A program made the translations under genes and the position numbers. From contig CAJINV010000003.1 of assembly GCA_905178155.1 (NCBI GenBank), positions 3,649,378-3,713,377 of the forward strand: a stretch of DNA of 64,000 nt. The letters run 5' to 3'. Below are positions 1 through 11,405 of the stretch, in pieces (the first letter of the stretch is position 1; every line of letters begins with the position of its first letter). The notes under the pieces are model-generated. The model had not been told where the DNA came from and did no database searches. It was given only the letters and a program-made list of their open reading frames with translations. Source of the DNA: Amoebophrya sp. A120. Its lineage: Eukaryota; Protista; Dinoflagellata.

Positions 1-114
1 CACTCTGTTACTCTTACTGTTTCATCAGTTGTGCACTACATACAAACACGAAACGCCACTTCTGCATTCCTAGACCCACAAAGCCAGCACAACGAGAAAA
101 AAAAACCCGAAAAA

Positions 115-3100
115 CTAAGTCAGTACGACGATTCCGCCAATATTCCGGTGCGGCACTTTGTCATCGGGCGGCAGCGCGCCGATTATATCCCGAATCTTCT
201 GCAACGCCGCGGGCTCGTCGAGCGCCATGTGATCCGCGACGCCGGACTTAGAAGTGTGCACTTCCGCACCCCCGAGATCCTCGGCACTAACCACTTCTCC
301 GAGCGCGGCCTTCACCAGTGGCGGCCCCGCGAGGAAAATGGTGCCATTTCCCTTCACAATCACGCTCTCGTCCGACATGGACGGCACGTAGGCTCCGCCA
401 GCAGTACAACTTCCGAGCACTGCCGAAATCTGCGGAATACCCATCTGGCTCATGCGTGCCTGTCACGGAACTTGATGACTTTCACTTTTCGTTCACACAA
501 CAACAAAAAAATAACGATAAAGGATAAGCAGCGTCAAAGACCAGGCGCAGGAAAACAAACAAAAAGGAAAAAGTTCTCGTCGTGGATTGATACCTGGTTG
601 AAAAAGATCCTGCCGAAGTGTTCGCGGTCCGGAAAGACGTCGGCTTGCTTCGGCAGGAACGCGCCTCCACTGTCCACCAGGTACACACAAGGCAGACGGT
701 TTTCTTGCGCGATCTGTTGCGCTCTCAGGTGCTTCTTGACGGTGATCGGAAAGTAGGTCCCCCCCTTCACGGTCGCGTCATTGGCAACAAACATGACCTC
801 CCGCCCACAGACCAGACCTACCCCGGTGACCATGCTCCCACTCGGCAGGTCCCCGTCCACGTCGTTATACAGCGCTTCGCCACCTGCCAACGCCGACAGC
901 TCCAGAAACTCCGTACCCGGATCCAGTACCGCTTCAATCCTTTCCCGGGGCAGCAACTTGCCGCGCTCCCGGTGCAACGCCACCGCTTTGGCGCCGCCCC
1001 CGGCGCGAACGTGCGTGAGTCGATCTTGCAAGTCAAGTTTCAAATCTGTGTTGCGCCCCTTGCGCTGCCGCGCCTTTTCGTCCTCCAACTTCGTCGCGGA
1101 CCGCAGTTTCGGCAGAGTCGTTTCGTCCGGAAAAGCATACGCACCGTCGCCCCACGCTGCGGCCGCGCTTTCCTTATCGCTGTCCGTGCTCACCAAACCC
1201 TGTCCGGCAGCGGCGCGCCTCTTGCCTACGGAGCCGGTTTCTGCTTCGCTCTCAGCTATGAAACGCAAAAGTAGATTCCTTGACACAACTCTATCGCTAC
1301 AAGAGAGCGCATGAGGCACAGGTAACCTGGCTGCACCTACAACGCTGCATTTACACGACTGAAGTCTTCTAGACTGCATAGATACAACTGAAATACGTAG
1401 GGCTCTTCAAATTGAAATCTTCACTGCCAGTGTCAGAAAGGAGGAGCCTTGCAGGCCGCTTTATGTCGGTAATTGTTGTCAAGAATCTTCCCGCGTACCG
1501 TCTGCCAATTCCTCGTAACCCTCGACGATGGCAAGGACGTGGTCTGTGCTGACCTGGTCACCGGACTCGCAGTTCAATGCAACAATCTTGCCGCGCAGGT
1601 TCGACACGATATCCGTCTCGAGCTTCATGGCGCTCATCACCAGTATGGTGTCCCCCACCTCGACACTGTCTCCCACGTTCTTCTTAATTTCCAAAATGTT
1701 GCCCGTCATCGGTGTTGTGATTTTTTCTTGCACGAGCTTGTCACTGTACCTGCATCAGAGAGTGAATCGAAGACCTCGGGCAATAATGATGCACTTGTCT
1801 ATGAGAACAAACATCGGGGGCTTCCTCATCTACATCTAGAGAAAATCAATGCACAGCCGTCGAATAAAGATTCCAAGTTACCGCTTTTCTGGAGGCGCGG
1901 ATACAGCTTTTGTTGCAGCCTTTTTCGCACCACCCGCTTTCGGAAGATCTAGCAATTCCGGATTTTCCGCTAGCAGGTCGGTACACATGGAGTTGTCGAG
2001 AAACTCCGGATGCTTGAGAATGCGCTGCAGAGCGGCCAAATTACTGTTCAACCCCCCGATTTTGAAGGACTGCAGGGCATCCAGCGTTTTGTCCACGGCT
2101 TGGGAAAAATCCGGAGCCGTGCAGATGAGCTTCCCGACGAGAGGGTCGTACATCTGATTGGGTTTCAAGCCCGCGAAAAAGCCAGCGGAATCGACGCGAA
2201 CGCCCGGTCCCGTGGGCTCCTGGTATTCAGTAATGGTTTCACTGCCTCCCGGCATCATCGTCACGCGCCCCTGCAACGCGTAACGCTCTACGTGCAGCTT
2301 GTCCTGCTCGAGCCCCAGCTCGGGCAAGGAGATGCCGCTGGCCATCAGCAGTTGGGTCTGCACAATGTCCACCCCCGTCGCTTCTTCCGTAATCGTGTGC
2401 TCCACTTGCACACGCGGATTCATCTCCATGAAGACAAATCGCGCGTTTGGGTCCGTCAGCGATCCGCGAACCAGGAATTCCACCGTACCCGCACCCCGGT
2501 ATCCAGACTGCAGCGCCAACTTTTTCGCGCACGCGGTCAGCTTCTCCCGCAGCTCGGGGTGGATGTCGCGCGCGGGTGCCATCTCCACCATTTTCTGATG
2601 CCTGTGCTGCACCGTGCAGTCCCGCTCAAACAGGTGCACCACGTTGCCGCGCCCGTCTGCCAGAATTTGCACCTCTAAATGTTTCGTCTTGTCCCAGAAC
2701 TCTTCGATAAAGACCTCCCCCCGCCCGAACGCCGTGAGAGCCTCGCGCTGGCAGGTCTCAAAATTCGACTTCATTTCCTTCATCTCGCGCACAATGCGCA
2801 TTCCGCGGCCCCCGCCGCCGTAGGCCGCTTTCAGGATGGCCGGCAACTGAAACGTGCTTTTCTGCTTCGCCAGTTGCTCCGTCACCCACTGCTCGCACGC
2901 CTCGCCGGATTCCAGATTCGGACTGCCCCCAACCACCGGAACCTCGTGGTTGATCGCCAGCGTCCGCGCCGCCACCTTGTCCCCAAAAAGCCGTAGCACT
3001 TCTGCTCTCGGGCCTACCCAGGTTTTTTTCAGCGTGTCCGACTCCACGCCCTCGGCGAAATCCGCGGACTCGGAAAGGAATCCGTAGCCTGGGTGCACGT

Positions 3101-3497
3101 AGTCGCAGTTCTTTTCCCCGAGGACGTCCAGCAGCCCGGGAATGTTGAGGTAGGGCGCCACGGGGTTTTTGTTCCCGTCCGCCGGAAGTGGCAGCTCCAC
3201 GGCCTCGTCTGCGTACCGAATGTGTGGTGAATCCTTGTCCTGCGGTGCGTACACTGCCACTGATTTCAGTCCGACCTCCTTGGCCCCCCGAGCGATGCGA
3301 ATTGCAATCTCGCCGCGATTTGCGATCAGAACCTTACCAGGGCCCACATCCAAGTTGTAGCTGCGCACCGCGCTGCTGGAGGACGACGACGAGCTACTAC
3401 TCGCTGCGGTTCTGGCGGGTTGGGCCGCGGCGGCGGGCGACGCGGCCACTGATGCGCCGCCGCGGACATGACGCAAAAGAGCGTGGACGCGGTGCAT
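115..3497 (-). CDS. Single-chain biotin-dependent acyl-CoA carboxylase (biotin carboxylase + biotinyl carrier + MCC-beta-like carboxyltransferase), 3' end probably runs off the window
   Basis: BC motifs [47 protein letters not shown]. Biotinyl motif SAMKLE (1479-1733). CT motifs [40 protein letters not shown] introns at 1750-1881, 1256-1498 and 460-593 join all parts in frame. The Arg/Ser/Ala-rich N-terminus resembles a mitochondrial transit peptide. Confidence 0.85.
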
Positions 3498-3960
3498 GTT
3501 CTTTTATGCGACTGCGAACCTCAACCTCGCAGTGATGAGACTCGGTATCTTCCTCTGCCGGACGAGCGGGGGCGATCTTTGTATTTGCTTAAGTACAGGG
3601 GCGAAAAAAAGTATCCGCAGAGGATGGATTATTGAAGTGTAGTGCGAGAGACTGCAAATGCGATCTCTCAAATCGCTCGCAACAGTCTTCGCAATGAAGA
3701 TTCTTTCGCGCTAGTAGCGGACAAAAAAAACAACACCAAGAGACTTTGCGCAGGCCATTCCCTCAATCACTTCAGTTTTCGTTTTCGCTAGCACTTAAGA
3801 ACCTTAATTAGGCAATTAGGCACCTTATCTCCTCTGCTGCAGAAGAGGCAGCAAAATTGTGGATCGCTTAACAGAAAACCAGTAGCCTCGGCCATACGTA
3901 GTGGTGGTTGGTTTTCATTTTACAATTCCCATGTTCATCTTCAGAGTCACTCTTCAGTTT

Positions 3961-4824
3961 CTAGAGAAATAGTTTCGCATTTTCGGCTCTGAGTCCCAGT
4001 GGCGGTTTTGGTAATGGATCGGTGGAATGATCAAGATCAAACCCGTCCTCATCGTCTACAACAGTTTGCTTAAACAGGGGCCCCGTCGGTTCGTCATTGA
4101 CCGCAAACTCCGGATGGGCTTTCTTCTTCACCCGTGTCGCCTTCGAAAAGTGCAGCGGCGTTCTCTCCGTGATGGGCAGCACGCGATCCAACTGCTCTTG
4201 CTCGTCGGTCGTCAGCTTTATGTGATTCCCCACACGCGGGTCGTTCCGGTCCTCGACTGCCGCACTTTGGGCGCTTGCTGGGTCCTCGCCGTCGTCGCCC
4301 CCCTGCTCTTCGTCCAGGATGTGTTTGTACTTTTCCATCAGGTGCCGCTTCATCCCACTGACGGTCAGCCTTTCCGGTTGCGCAGCAGCCACGTCCCGCA
4401 GACGCACAAATCGTTCAAAATTGCCTTTCACACTGCGAATCCGGGCGTCAAGCAACTCTAGCGCTCGCTGCACCAGCGTCTGGTGCAGGCCCGCCAGTTC
4501 GCGCAGCCGCTGGATCGTGTTAGCGTCTTTCAGAATGAACCGGCACGCATCGGAAGACACTTTTTTGTGTGCGTCTTTCCATTTTTGACTTTTGTTTGCG
4601 TCTTTGCCCCCCTCCTCGATGTCCGGATTGTCCACCTGGTCGTGCTCGTGCTCTTCGCAAAGCGCCCAGTCCTGCTTCATGCGGTCAATTTTTCGTGTGA
4701 TCAGGGCGCCGTAGTCGGTTGCAATCAGCTTTTGGTCGAGCGCCAAATCCGCCACGTTCGCGATGCTTTGCATCCCCGACTTGATCGCAAACAGTGCTCC
4801 ATCGGCACCGGACATGGCGCTCAT
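3961..4824 (-). CDS. Hypothetical protein, 287 aa, partly helical
   Basis: Uninterrupted ATG-started ORF with coding-like GC content and AT-richer flanks. No motif recognised. Confidence 0.6.
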   Translation of the reverse strand: MSAMSGADGALFAIKSGMQSIANVADLALDQKLIATDYGALITRKIDRMKQDWALCEEHEHDQVDNPDIEEGGKDANKSQKWKDAHKKVSSDACRFILKDANTIQRLRELAGLHQTLVQRALELLDARIRSVKGNFERFVRLRDVAAAQPERLTVSGMKRHLMEKYKHILDEEQGGDDGEDPASAQSAAVEDRNDPRVGNHIKLTTDEQEQLDRVLPITERTPLHFSKATRVKKKAHPEFAVNDEPTGPLFKQTVVDDEDGFDLDHSTDPLPKPPLGLRAENAKLFL

Positions 4825-5304
4825 CCGTCAACCGTCAGGGTCCTCTCGTACTGTATTTCCGTCTTGCAGCAGGTGCGAAGGCCGCGAGTTTACGCTGCCA
4901 TTACATTTCGTTTTCGTTCAAGTTTTAACATAATCGTACACGTACACCAGTACCTCTCTGCTACACACATTTTAAGTGCGAGCACCTCGATTCTAACGTG
5001 TGGCCATTCATGTACTGACGAAACAAAAAAAAGTACACTTGGTCGACGACTTTCGTTGGTACTGCCGACAAATTCCGAAATCGACCAAGATCGCAAATAC
5101 AGCGATACGACAACGAATCTAATTCCCGAATGAAGCCGAAGATTTTAGACGAGTTACGACTGCCACTTCGGCACGATGAAGATTCAGCCTGACAGGAGAT
5201 AGTACAACACGCAGTGATAGCGAATTCGACATCACTGCTCGTCCGGTAACCGTTGAAGCAGCCTTATGTTCTAAATGCGTCGCAAAACGTGAATGTCGTA
5301 GTTG

Positions 5305-6840
5305 TTACATTTCAAACACGTCGTCTAGAGCCTGTGCCAAGGTCGCTTCCTCATTTGTCCTCATTACATTGGTGGCAGTTGCACCATTTGTGGGTGATAT
5401 GTCAACATGATCGTCTGTATTTCCTGCTACTCCACCTTCCTCCTCCATTTCTTCGTCGCTGCTGCCGTAGTTGCTCAAATCGTCTACTGGATACCGGAGC
5501 AGGGCCGCGATTCCCGACAATGCCGCCAACTTTTCCCCCGTCACGTGCTGCGAACTGAAGACGACTACGGAGTCCTTCCGGCCATTCAGCGAGCGGCAGG
5601 AATCGACTAGGTTCACGTACTTTTGGCGTTCCTTCAGATCCGCTTTTTGCCGGAACAGCGCGTCCGTGACAAGGAGCTTCTGCACCGCGCCGTTCTGCAG
5701 CGCCACCGACACCTGGGCGGGTCCGTAACAGGCCCGGTCCGGGTCCTTCTGCAGTCGCTCGTAGAGCTCGTCCAGGGCCCGCACCTGCTCGCCCGCCTTC
5801 GTGCTGGCGATGCGCTTCGCAACGGCATCCTGCTCCAGCAGCTCCTGGAGGCCCTGCTTGTTCGCGGTGCTGCACGAAGCTTCGAAGAAAATTTCGCTGA
5901 TCTTCTTCACGCCGCCGTCGAGGTTGAGCGCCTCAATGTTCCTGCCGTTGTCCGCTTTCAGGTAGGCGAGAAATTCGGTTTTCAGGAACCCAGGCCCGGC
6001 GAGCACCACGCACTTGATGTTCTCGAAGTGGACGTGCAGTTTGATGCCCTCGACGATCTTTTCGTAGAACTTTTTCAGGGCCTTCGAGAAGTTGGCCTTC
6101 TCGAACCTCCGGTTTTTCGGTAAAAACACCTGCACCTTGAAGGCGACCTTGGCCAGCACGCCCGACAGAAAAAAAAACTGCGCCAGTCCCTGGGCCTGGT
6201 CCATCAGTAAAACGCAGGTGTCCGCCGCTTTTCGGATGTCCGAGGCCTCCTGCAAAATGTCCAGGTGAACCGTGTCCCAGCAATCCTTGTAAATCGTCAT
6301 TTTCTCGTTCAACTCGAGACTGATCGTGTGGTACGCGCCCAGCGCCACGTGCTCGTGTTGCTCGACGTTTTGCCCCGGAAACCGCAGCTCATCGCCCTCC
6401 GCGTCGTACTCCGATTCCTTCGTAATCTCGATCGTGAGCCGAACCCGTCTTCGCTCTTTGCTCACTGTTCCGGTGGCTTGGGCTTTCTCGATCTGTTGTA
6501 CATAGAAGTTTAAATTTTCATAGCGGATTGTGGCAAAAAGCTGCATGATGTACCTCTGTCCGCCTGAGGTAGAAACGGAGCGAAGAGCGAAAACACCACT
6601 AGAGGTAGGGGCAGCAGCACTCAGGACAAAAAGCTCCATGTTTACATTTTTGGAACTAGAGTAACACACTGTAAAGTAACCCGGGGCAGCAGTAAGTACC
6701 TTTCGCCACGTCTGGGCTGTGATGCGATCACCCACTGCAACCAGATTGTACAGGTGCCACATGTCCTCTGATTCCTCTGGAATGACGACGACCGACCCAG
6801 CTGAGGTCGCCGCGTCGATGTTTTTCCGCAAGAGCTTCAT
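5305..6840 (-). CDS. pelo: Pelota/Dom34 ribosome-rescue factor (~442 aa after splicing)
   Basis: PEESEDMWHLYNL, GAYHTISLE, VVLAGPGFLK, RACYG, LLVTDALFR, SSQHVTGEKL..LSGIAALLRYP. One GT-AG intron at 6493-6699. Confidence 0.95.
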   Translation of the reverse strand: MKLLRKNIDAATSAGSVVVIPEESEDMWHLYNLVAVGDRITAQTWRKVLTAAPGYFTVCYSSSKNVNMELFVLSAAAPTSSGVFALRSVSTSGGQRYIMQLFATIRYENLNFYVQQIEKAQATGTVSKERRRVRLTIEITKESEYDAEGDELRFPGQNVEQHEHVALGAYHTISLELNEKMTIYKDCWDTVHLDILQEASDIRKAADTCVLLMDQAQGLAQFFFLSGVLAKVAFKVQVFLPKNRRFEKANFSKALKKFYEKIVEGIKLHVHFENIKCVVLAGPGFLKTEFLAYLKADNGRNIEALNLDGGVKKISEIFFEASCSTANKQGLQELLEQDAVAKRIASTKAGEQVRALDELYERLQKDPDRACYGPAQVSVALQNGAVQKLLVTDALFRQKADLKERQKYVNLVDSCRSLNGRKDSVVVFSSQHVTGEKLAALSGIAALLRYPVDDLSNYGSSDEEMEEEGGVAGNTDDHVDISPTNGATATNVMRTNEEATLAQALDDVFEM

Positions 6841-7488
6841 GCCTTGTCGGTATCGTCCATGTTAACTGAAACAGGAAATCGATAAATCGACTTACGTAAA
6901 CTACCTTCTCGTTGCCCTCAGGCACAAGAGAGGGTGCGGCGCGTAAATGAAATCATAAAGGTTGTACAATGTTTTTACATAAACGAGCGAATTCGTCATA
7001 GAAGTGCTTGTTACTCACTTACTTTAGCCGGGCTTCGGCCAGTTGCGCTCTTGTAATGCTCTGGATCGAATAGGAAGATGGAAAAAGCATCATCGAAGGA
7101 ATTTCTTCTTTTTTTAGGAACGGGATCTGCACGAGTCTCCTGATGATCTGCACCAAACCACGGCCATGAATGGCTCGCAGTAGTTACTGCTGCATAAGTA
7201 GAGCGATAGAGATGATCTAACAAATTCATACCGAGGCAGGTGGCGTTGCAAGAACAGCCTCTTCCAGACAGGCCTCTGCATTTCCATCCCACGTCATGCT
7301 TCGAGGCACGTGACCGACAATTCTGCTCGAACACTCGCTTTTTTGGGCGCATGAAAAGACCATGTGTGTGCTGTGCTTACTTCGAATTTTCGGTGTGGTG
7401 ATGCGCACGCGTTAGAAAATAGGCTTCTACTCGTTATATTACATCTAGATGATAATGCACCGTACATGTACAATTCTGCGCTTTATAC

Positions 7489-8994
7489 TCATGTTCTCGG
7501 TGATCCTTGAGGCGAACTTTGCGACTGCAATCTCATCCACTCCCACCATTTTCTCTTCGCCATCTGGTCGCCGTCCACCGGCGCGGCGCCACATCCGCTG
7601 TAGTATCCAAGCCCTTCTTCCTTGCCCGTACTTTCTGAGTACGGGCGGCCGTAGCTCTGCATCATCTTCTTGTCGGCCGCCTGCAATGCGTTCGCGTCCT
7701 GACTCTCCGCCAGCGAGAGATCCGACAGGTTCAGCACGACTTTCGTTCCTGTCTCTGCGTACTCATTCGGCGGACGTGTTCCGCCTGCTGCGAGTGCGGT
7801 TTGTTCAGGAGCCCCCGTTGGCGCGGTCGGTCGTACGACCACCATCTTTTCAAAGTGGTGCTCGCGGTAGCAGGCGAGGCGCTGGCCGGATTTCTGGACT
7901 CTGTCGATAAAATCCGTGTGGTATTTGTCGTAGTCGATGTTGAACGTGTTTTTGAAGAACAGAAGCAACTCGGACACATCCCCCTCCGCGTCAAATTGCA
8001 CTACTTGCAGGGGCTTGTTCATCCCTGCGTTGTTCCCGTTTGCTTCTCCCGCTTTTTTGCTGTCTTTAGAAGAAGGGATAGTGTCGTCTTTCTGCACGAG
8101 CTTGATGGACATGTTGACGCGAATCAAATTCTGCAGCACCACCGCGACGTAGTCGAGCCCGAAAAAGCGGTGCCAGTGCATGTGGTCCGCGGTGTGCAGG
8201 AGGTTCTGGTGAAACGGGAAAAACGGCAGACACGCCACCTGCAGGTGGAGCCAGTACTGGCTCGGCGGGTAGTTCAGGCCCATTATCACGTCCCGGCGCC
8301 AGTACTCCTCAAACAGCTGCCCCGAGGTGCTGGTGTTCGAAGCAGGTGTTGGGTCAGCACCGCCTTTGGGAGGATTGGGCGCGGCCACGTTGCGCCAGTA
8401 AAAGTCACGGAAGGCCTCGTCATTCCAGAAAGTGTCTTTCACCGCGAGCTTCGCATTGTGCCGCAGCTCGTTCAGCAACCGCAGCCCCTCCAGTGGCCGC
8501 TCGAACAGGTACCGAAAATCTGGCAGGTGGGCGAACGTCGGCACGCAGAGAAGGTGACAACAGGTGAGCGAGAGGAGATCGTCGAACACCACGACGCGGT
8601 CGGTTTGTCGCCGGATCCCGATCTTCAGCGGGAACCGCTCGCATCTCTCCAGTCCCAACGCAAACCCGGCCAGCAAATTTTCCGTCTCTGTGATGGGCAC
8701 TTGTTGCAGGCTCGCGCCGCACGAGTTGCAATTTCGCATGGACTTCGCACAATTCTTCCCACATTTTGCGCAAACCTTCACTTCGTTGGTCAGCATTTTC
8801 AGCCTCGCGAGCGGAAACTTCTGTCCGTAGGAGACAATCGACGTACCCGGGTGCAGTGGCGTCTGGTTGAGATCGGGAGAGCCAACGGTCGGAAACACGT
8901 TTGGTTTCGCACCGGCGTAGTACCACCGCCCCACACCGCTGGAGCAGGTCTGCGAAAAGGCGCCATGCTGCAGGTTCAAGTTGTTCGGAAACAT
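7489..8994 (-). CDS. HIT-fold (DcpS-C/aprataxin/HINT-like) nucleotide hydrolase candidate with an N-terminal zinc ribbon
   Basis: CAKC...CNSC zinc ribbon. VVFDDL...HLLCVP and GLNYPPSQYWLHLQ correspond to the HIT-fold strands and a variant triad. 501-aa ORF. Confidence 0.6.
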   Translation of the reverse strand: MFPNNLNLQHGAFSQTCSSGVGRWYYAGAKPNVFPTVGSPDLNQTPLHPGTSIVSYGQKFPLARLKMLTNEVKVCAKCGKNCAKSMRNCNSCGASLQQVPITETENLLAGFALGLERCERFPLKIGIRRQTDRVVVFDDLLSLTCCHLLCVPTFAHLPDFRYLFERPLEGLRLLNELRHNAKLAVKDTFWNDEAFRDFYWRNVAAPNPPKGGADPTPASNTSTSGQLFEEYWRRDVIMGLNYPPSQYWLHLQVACLPFFPFHQNLLHTADHMHWHRFFGLDYVAVVLQNLIRVNMSIKLVQKDDTIPSSKDSKKAGEANGNNAGMNKPLQVVQFDAEGDVSELLLFFKNTFNIDYDKYHTDFIDRVQKSGQRLACYREHHFEKMVVVRPTAPTGAPEQTALAAGGTRPPNEYAETGTKVVLNLSDLSLAESQDANALQAADKKMMQSYGRPYSESTGKEEGLGYYSGCGAAPVDGDQMAKRKWWEWMRLQSQSSPQGSPRT

Positions 8995-9392
8995 TCTGCT
9001 GAGTATCCTCTTGATTACGACCTTAGATTTATTGATTCTCGAGGAGATTATTCATCGGGCAAAACGTGCTAGAACGGCCTCTCTCTGGAGAAACAAGTAA
9101 GCCACAGTCTTTCGGTCTCGTACTTTTGACGCCACCGTATCTATTGATCGAAAGTTGAGATGAAGCAGAGTTGTCGCTGTTGCTCTGTCGCTGAAAGGAA
9201 AACACAGTTGTGGTATTCTAGCGAACAAAGATGGTTCTTGCCTTAAAACAAAAACAGATGATCCCTAAACATTCCAGAGATCAACTCAGGGCAAAGATGC
9301 ACGCGAAAAAAAGTGCACAAGAATGATTGGCCGTGGCGTGCATCATGTGAATTTCCAGTACGTGGTGCCAGTCATGTCGATCGTCCAGCAAG

Positions 9393-11405
9393 TCAAAATC
9401 TTGCTTGTGCGATTTTCATCAGATTTTCTTCATCCCTTGCAATACTTGCTAGGGAAACACGAAGCTCCTGCATGCCTATGTTTTCCAGCGCCGAAACAGC
9501 GTGGATGTACGGATGAATCACTTGCTGCGTTGCGTCGTCTTTCCCGCTTCCATCCGCATGCACCTGTTGGGCGAGGTTCAGCATCTGCTCCATGCAGTTG
9601 TGCAGCTTCCATGGATTGCTTTTATCACACTTGGTCAGCACGATCTGGATCGGGATCTGGTGATTCAAACACATGTCCCAGAGCTTCTCGTCGCGATCCG
9701 TAAAGCCCAGATTCACATCGATCAGGCTGACAATGCGCTTCAGCCGCTCGACCGGCTTTGTCACTTCCAGGTAAGCATCCATCATGAGCTCCCAATCCCG
9801 CAGGAAATGCTTCCCCGCCTTTCCCGCGAACCCGTACCCAGGCAGGTCGATCAGCATGAGCCGGCCGCCGATCTCGAAGCGAAACAGTTGCCTTGTGCGC
9901 CCCGCCGTGCGGGACACGGGAGCGAACGACGGTGCATTAAAGAGCTGCCGCCCCCGCACCTGCCTCTGTCGCTCCCTCTGTTGCTCTACGAGGTTTCCGT
10001 CCGTGGAGTTTAAACTGTAGGGCAAGGCGCTCTTTCCGTCGACGGACTGGAGCTCGTTCTGTTCGTCCTGCAATCCTGCAACTTTCCCGCGACTACGGTC
10101 ATGCGGGTGCACACCGGTGCCGCCGGTCTGTGCCTCCAGTTTATCTTGCCGACGTTTGGCTCGCCACTCCGCCTTCGAGAGCCAATTCCCCGTGTTTGGC
10201 TCGCGCAAGCCACTGAAAGTCACTTCGTTGCTGTCGAGGGTCAGCTTGTTAGAAGGGTCGTCGCTCAACTTTCGGGCCGCCTTGTCGATCCGCCCCTCGC
10301 GCAGCATAAATTGATGGACCTTCTTCGTGAAAGCGCGGTCCTCCGTGTGGTCAATCTTCACGAGTGATGCCTTTTTCTTTGCCAGATTCTCGGGTGACAA
10401 CTGCTTGCCCAGCTGCTTGTGGTCAATCTTCGGTTTGGTCCCGGTCTCGCGCGCCGCCCGGAGAGTACGCCGCTTGGCCTTCACCAGGTTCAGCTCGCGG
10501 CAATAAGCCTTTACGTTGTCTGCCAAAATGCGGCTTGTGGTGCCGACCGTCTCACGCTTTAGCACCTTGTTCGTGTCGATAATGCGCTGCTTCAGCGTTT
10601 CCTCCATCGCCCGCTTGCCGCGATCACGACACAGCTTGCTCTGCAGCGCCCATCCTGGCGCCTTCACTCCCTGTCGCACGAGCTTGCCGTAATGGCTCCG
10701 GGCCCGCCGCGTTTCTGCGGTCTTTATGATCTTCATGTGCTGCTTCCACTGGACCTGTTGCTGGCTCCGTTGCAGCCGGGGGCGCGACCGGGACAAAATA
10801 GAAAAGGCCCGGACAGCAGGTTTCAACATCTGCAGGATGTTGTTCTCGGCACCAGCCACACCGCCAGGTCGTCGTCCACTCGACGTCCCCTCATGGCCGC
10901 TAGACGTAGATTTTTCAAGTAGAACAGTACGACCTGCTGCTCCACCTACTGCGCTTGTTCTCTTTCTACACGCGCCACCGCCCCCGCCCCCGGGGACAGT
11001 CATGGTGATCCGCCCGTCGGCGTCCTCGTGTCCGAGCGGAAAGACAGGCTCAAACCGGCCTCGAGCGAGGTTGGCGCGATCCCTCGTCTCGTGCAACCTG
11101 TTTACGTCCACCCGGTTCAGGTTGTGCTGGCTCAGCAGGGCGTTCACCAGAGTGCTCTTCCCCACGTTGCTTTGCCCCATAAACGCGACGTGCGGTGAAC
11201 ACGTCCCACTGCCGGCGTCCAGAATTTTCTCCATCGTGTCCTTCACAAGTACCGGGTGACCACGGATATCCAGGTTCCACAGCACCTTCGCATACTCCAA
11301 ACAACCGAGCTCGGCCACTGAAATTACCTCGCTGGGCCGAAAAAGGTGCACAACCGGACGTGCCAGCACGGGCTTCGGAGAAAGCAAATTCATCACAACT
11401 TCCAC
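9393..11405 (-). CDS. EngB/YihA/YsxC-family GTPase with a large insertion
   Basis: G1 GQSNVGKS, G2 VSRTAGRT, G3 DLPGYG, G4 TKCD, G5 VSA. Confidence 0.88.
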   Translation of the reverse strand: MEVVMNLLSPKPVLARPVVHLFRPSEVISVAELGCLEYAKVLWNLDIRGHPVLVKDTMEKILDAGSGTCSPHVAFMGQSNVGKSTLVNALLSQHNLNRVDVNRLHETRDRANLARGRFEPVFPLGHEDADGRITMTVPGGGGGGACRKRTSAVGGAAGRTVLLEKSTSSGHEGTSSGRRPGGVAGAENNILQMLKPAVRAFSILSRSRPRLQRSQQQVQWKQHMKIIKTAETRRARSHYGKLVRQGVKAPGWALQSKLCRDRGKRAMEETLKQRIIDTNKVLKRETVGTTSRILADNVKAYCRELNLVKAKRRTLRAARETGTKPKIDHKQLGKQLSPENLAKKKASLVKIDHTEDRAFTKKVHQFMLREGRIDKAARKLSDDPSNKLTLDSNEVTFSGLREPNTGNWLSKAEWRAKRRQDKLEAQTGGTGVHPHDRSRGKVAGLQDEQNELQSVDGKSALPYSLNSTDGNLVEQQRERQRQVRGRQLFNAPSFAPVSRTAGRTRQLFRFEIGGRLMLIDLPGYGFAGKAGKHFLRDWELMMDAYLEVTKPVERLKRIVSLIDVNLGFTDRDEKLWDMCLNHQIPIQIVLTKCDKSNPWKLHNCMEQMLNLAQQVHADGSGKDDATQQVIHPYIHAVSALENIGMQELRVSLASIARDEENLMKIAQARF

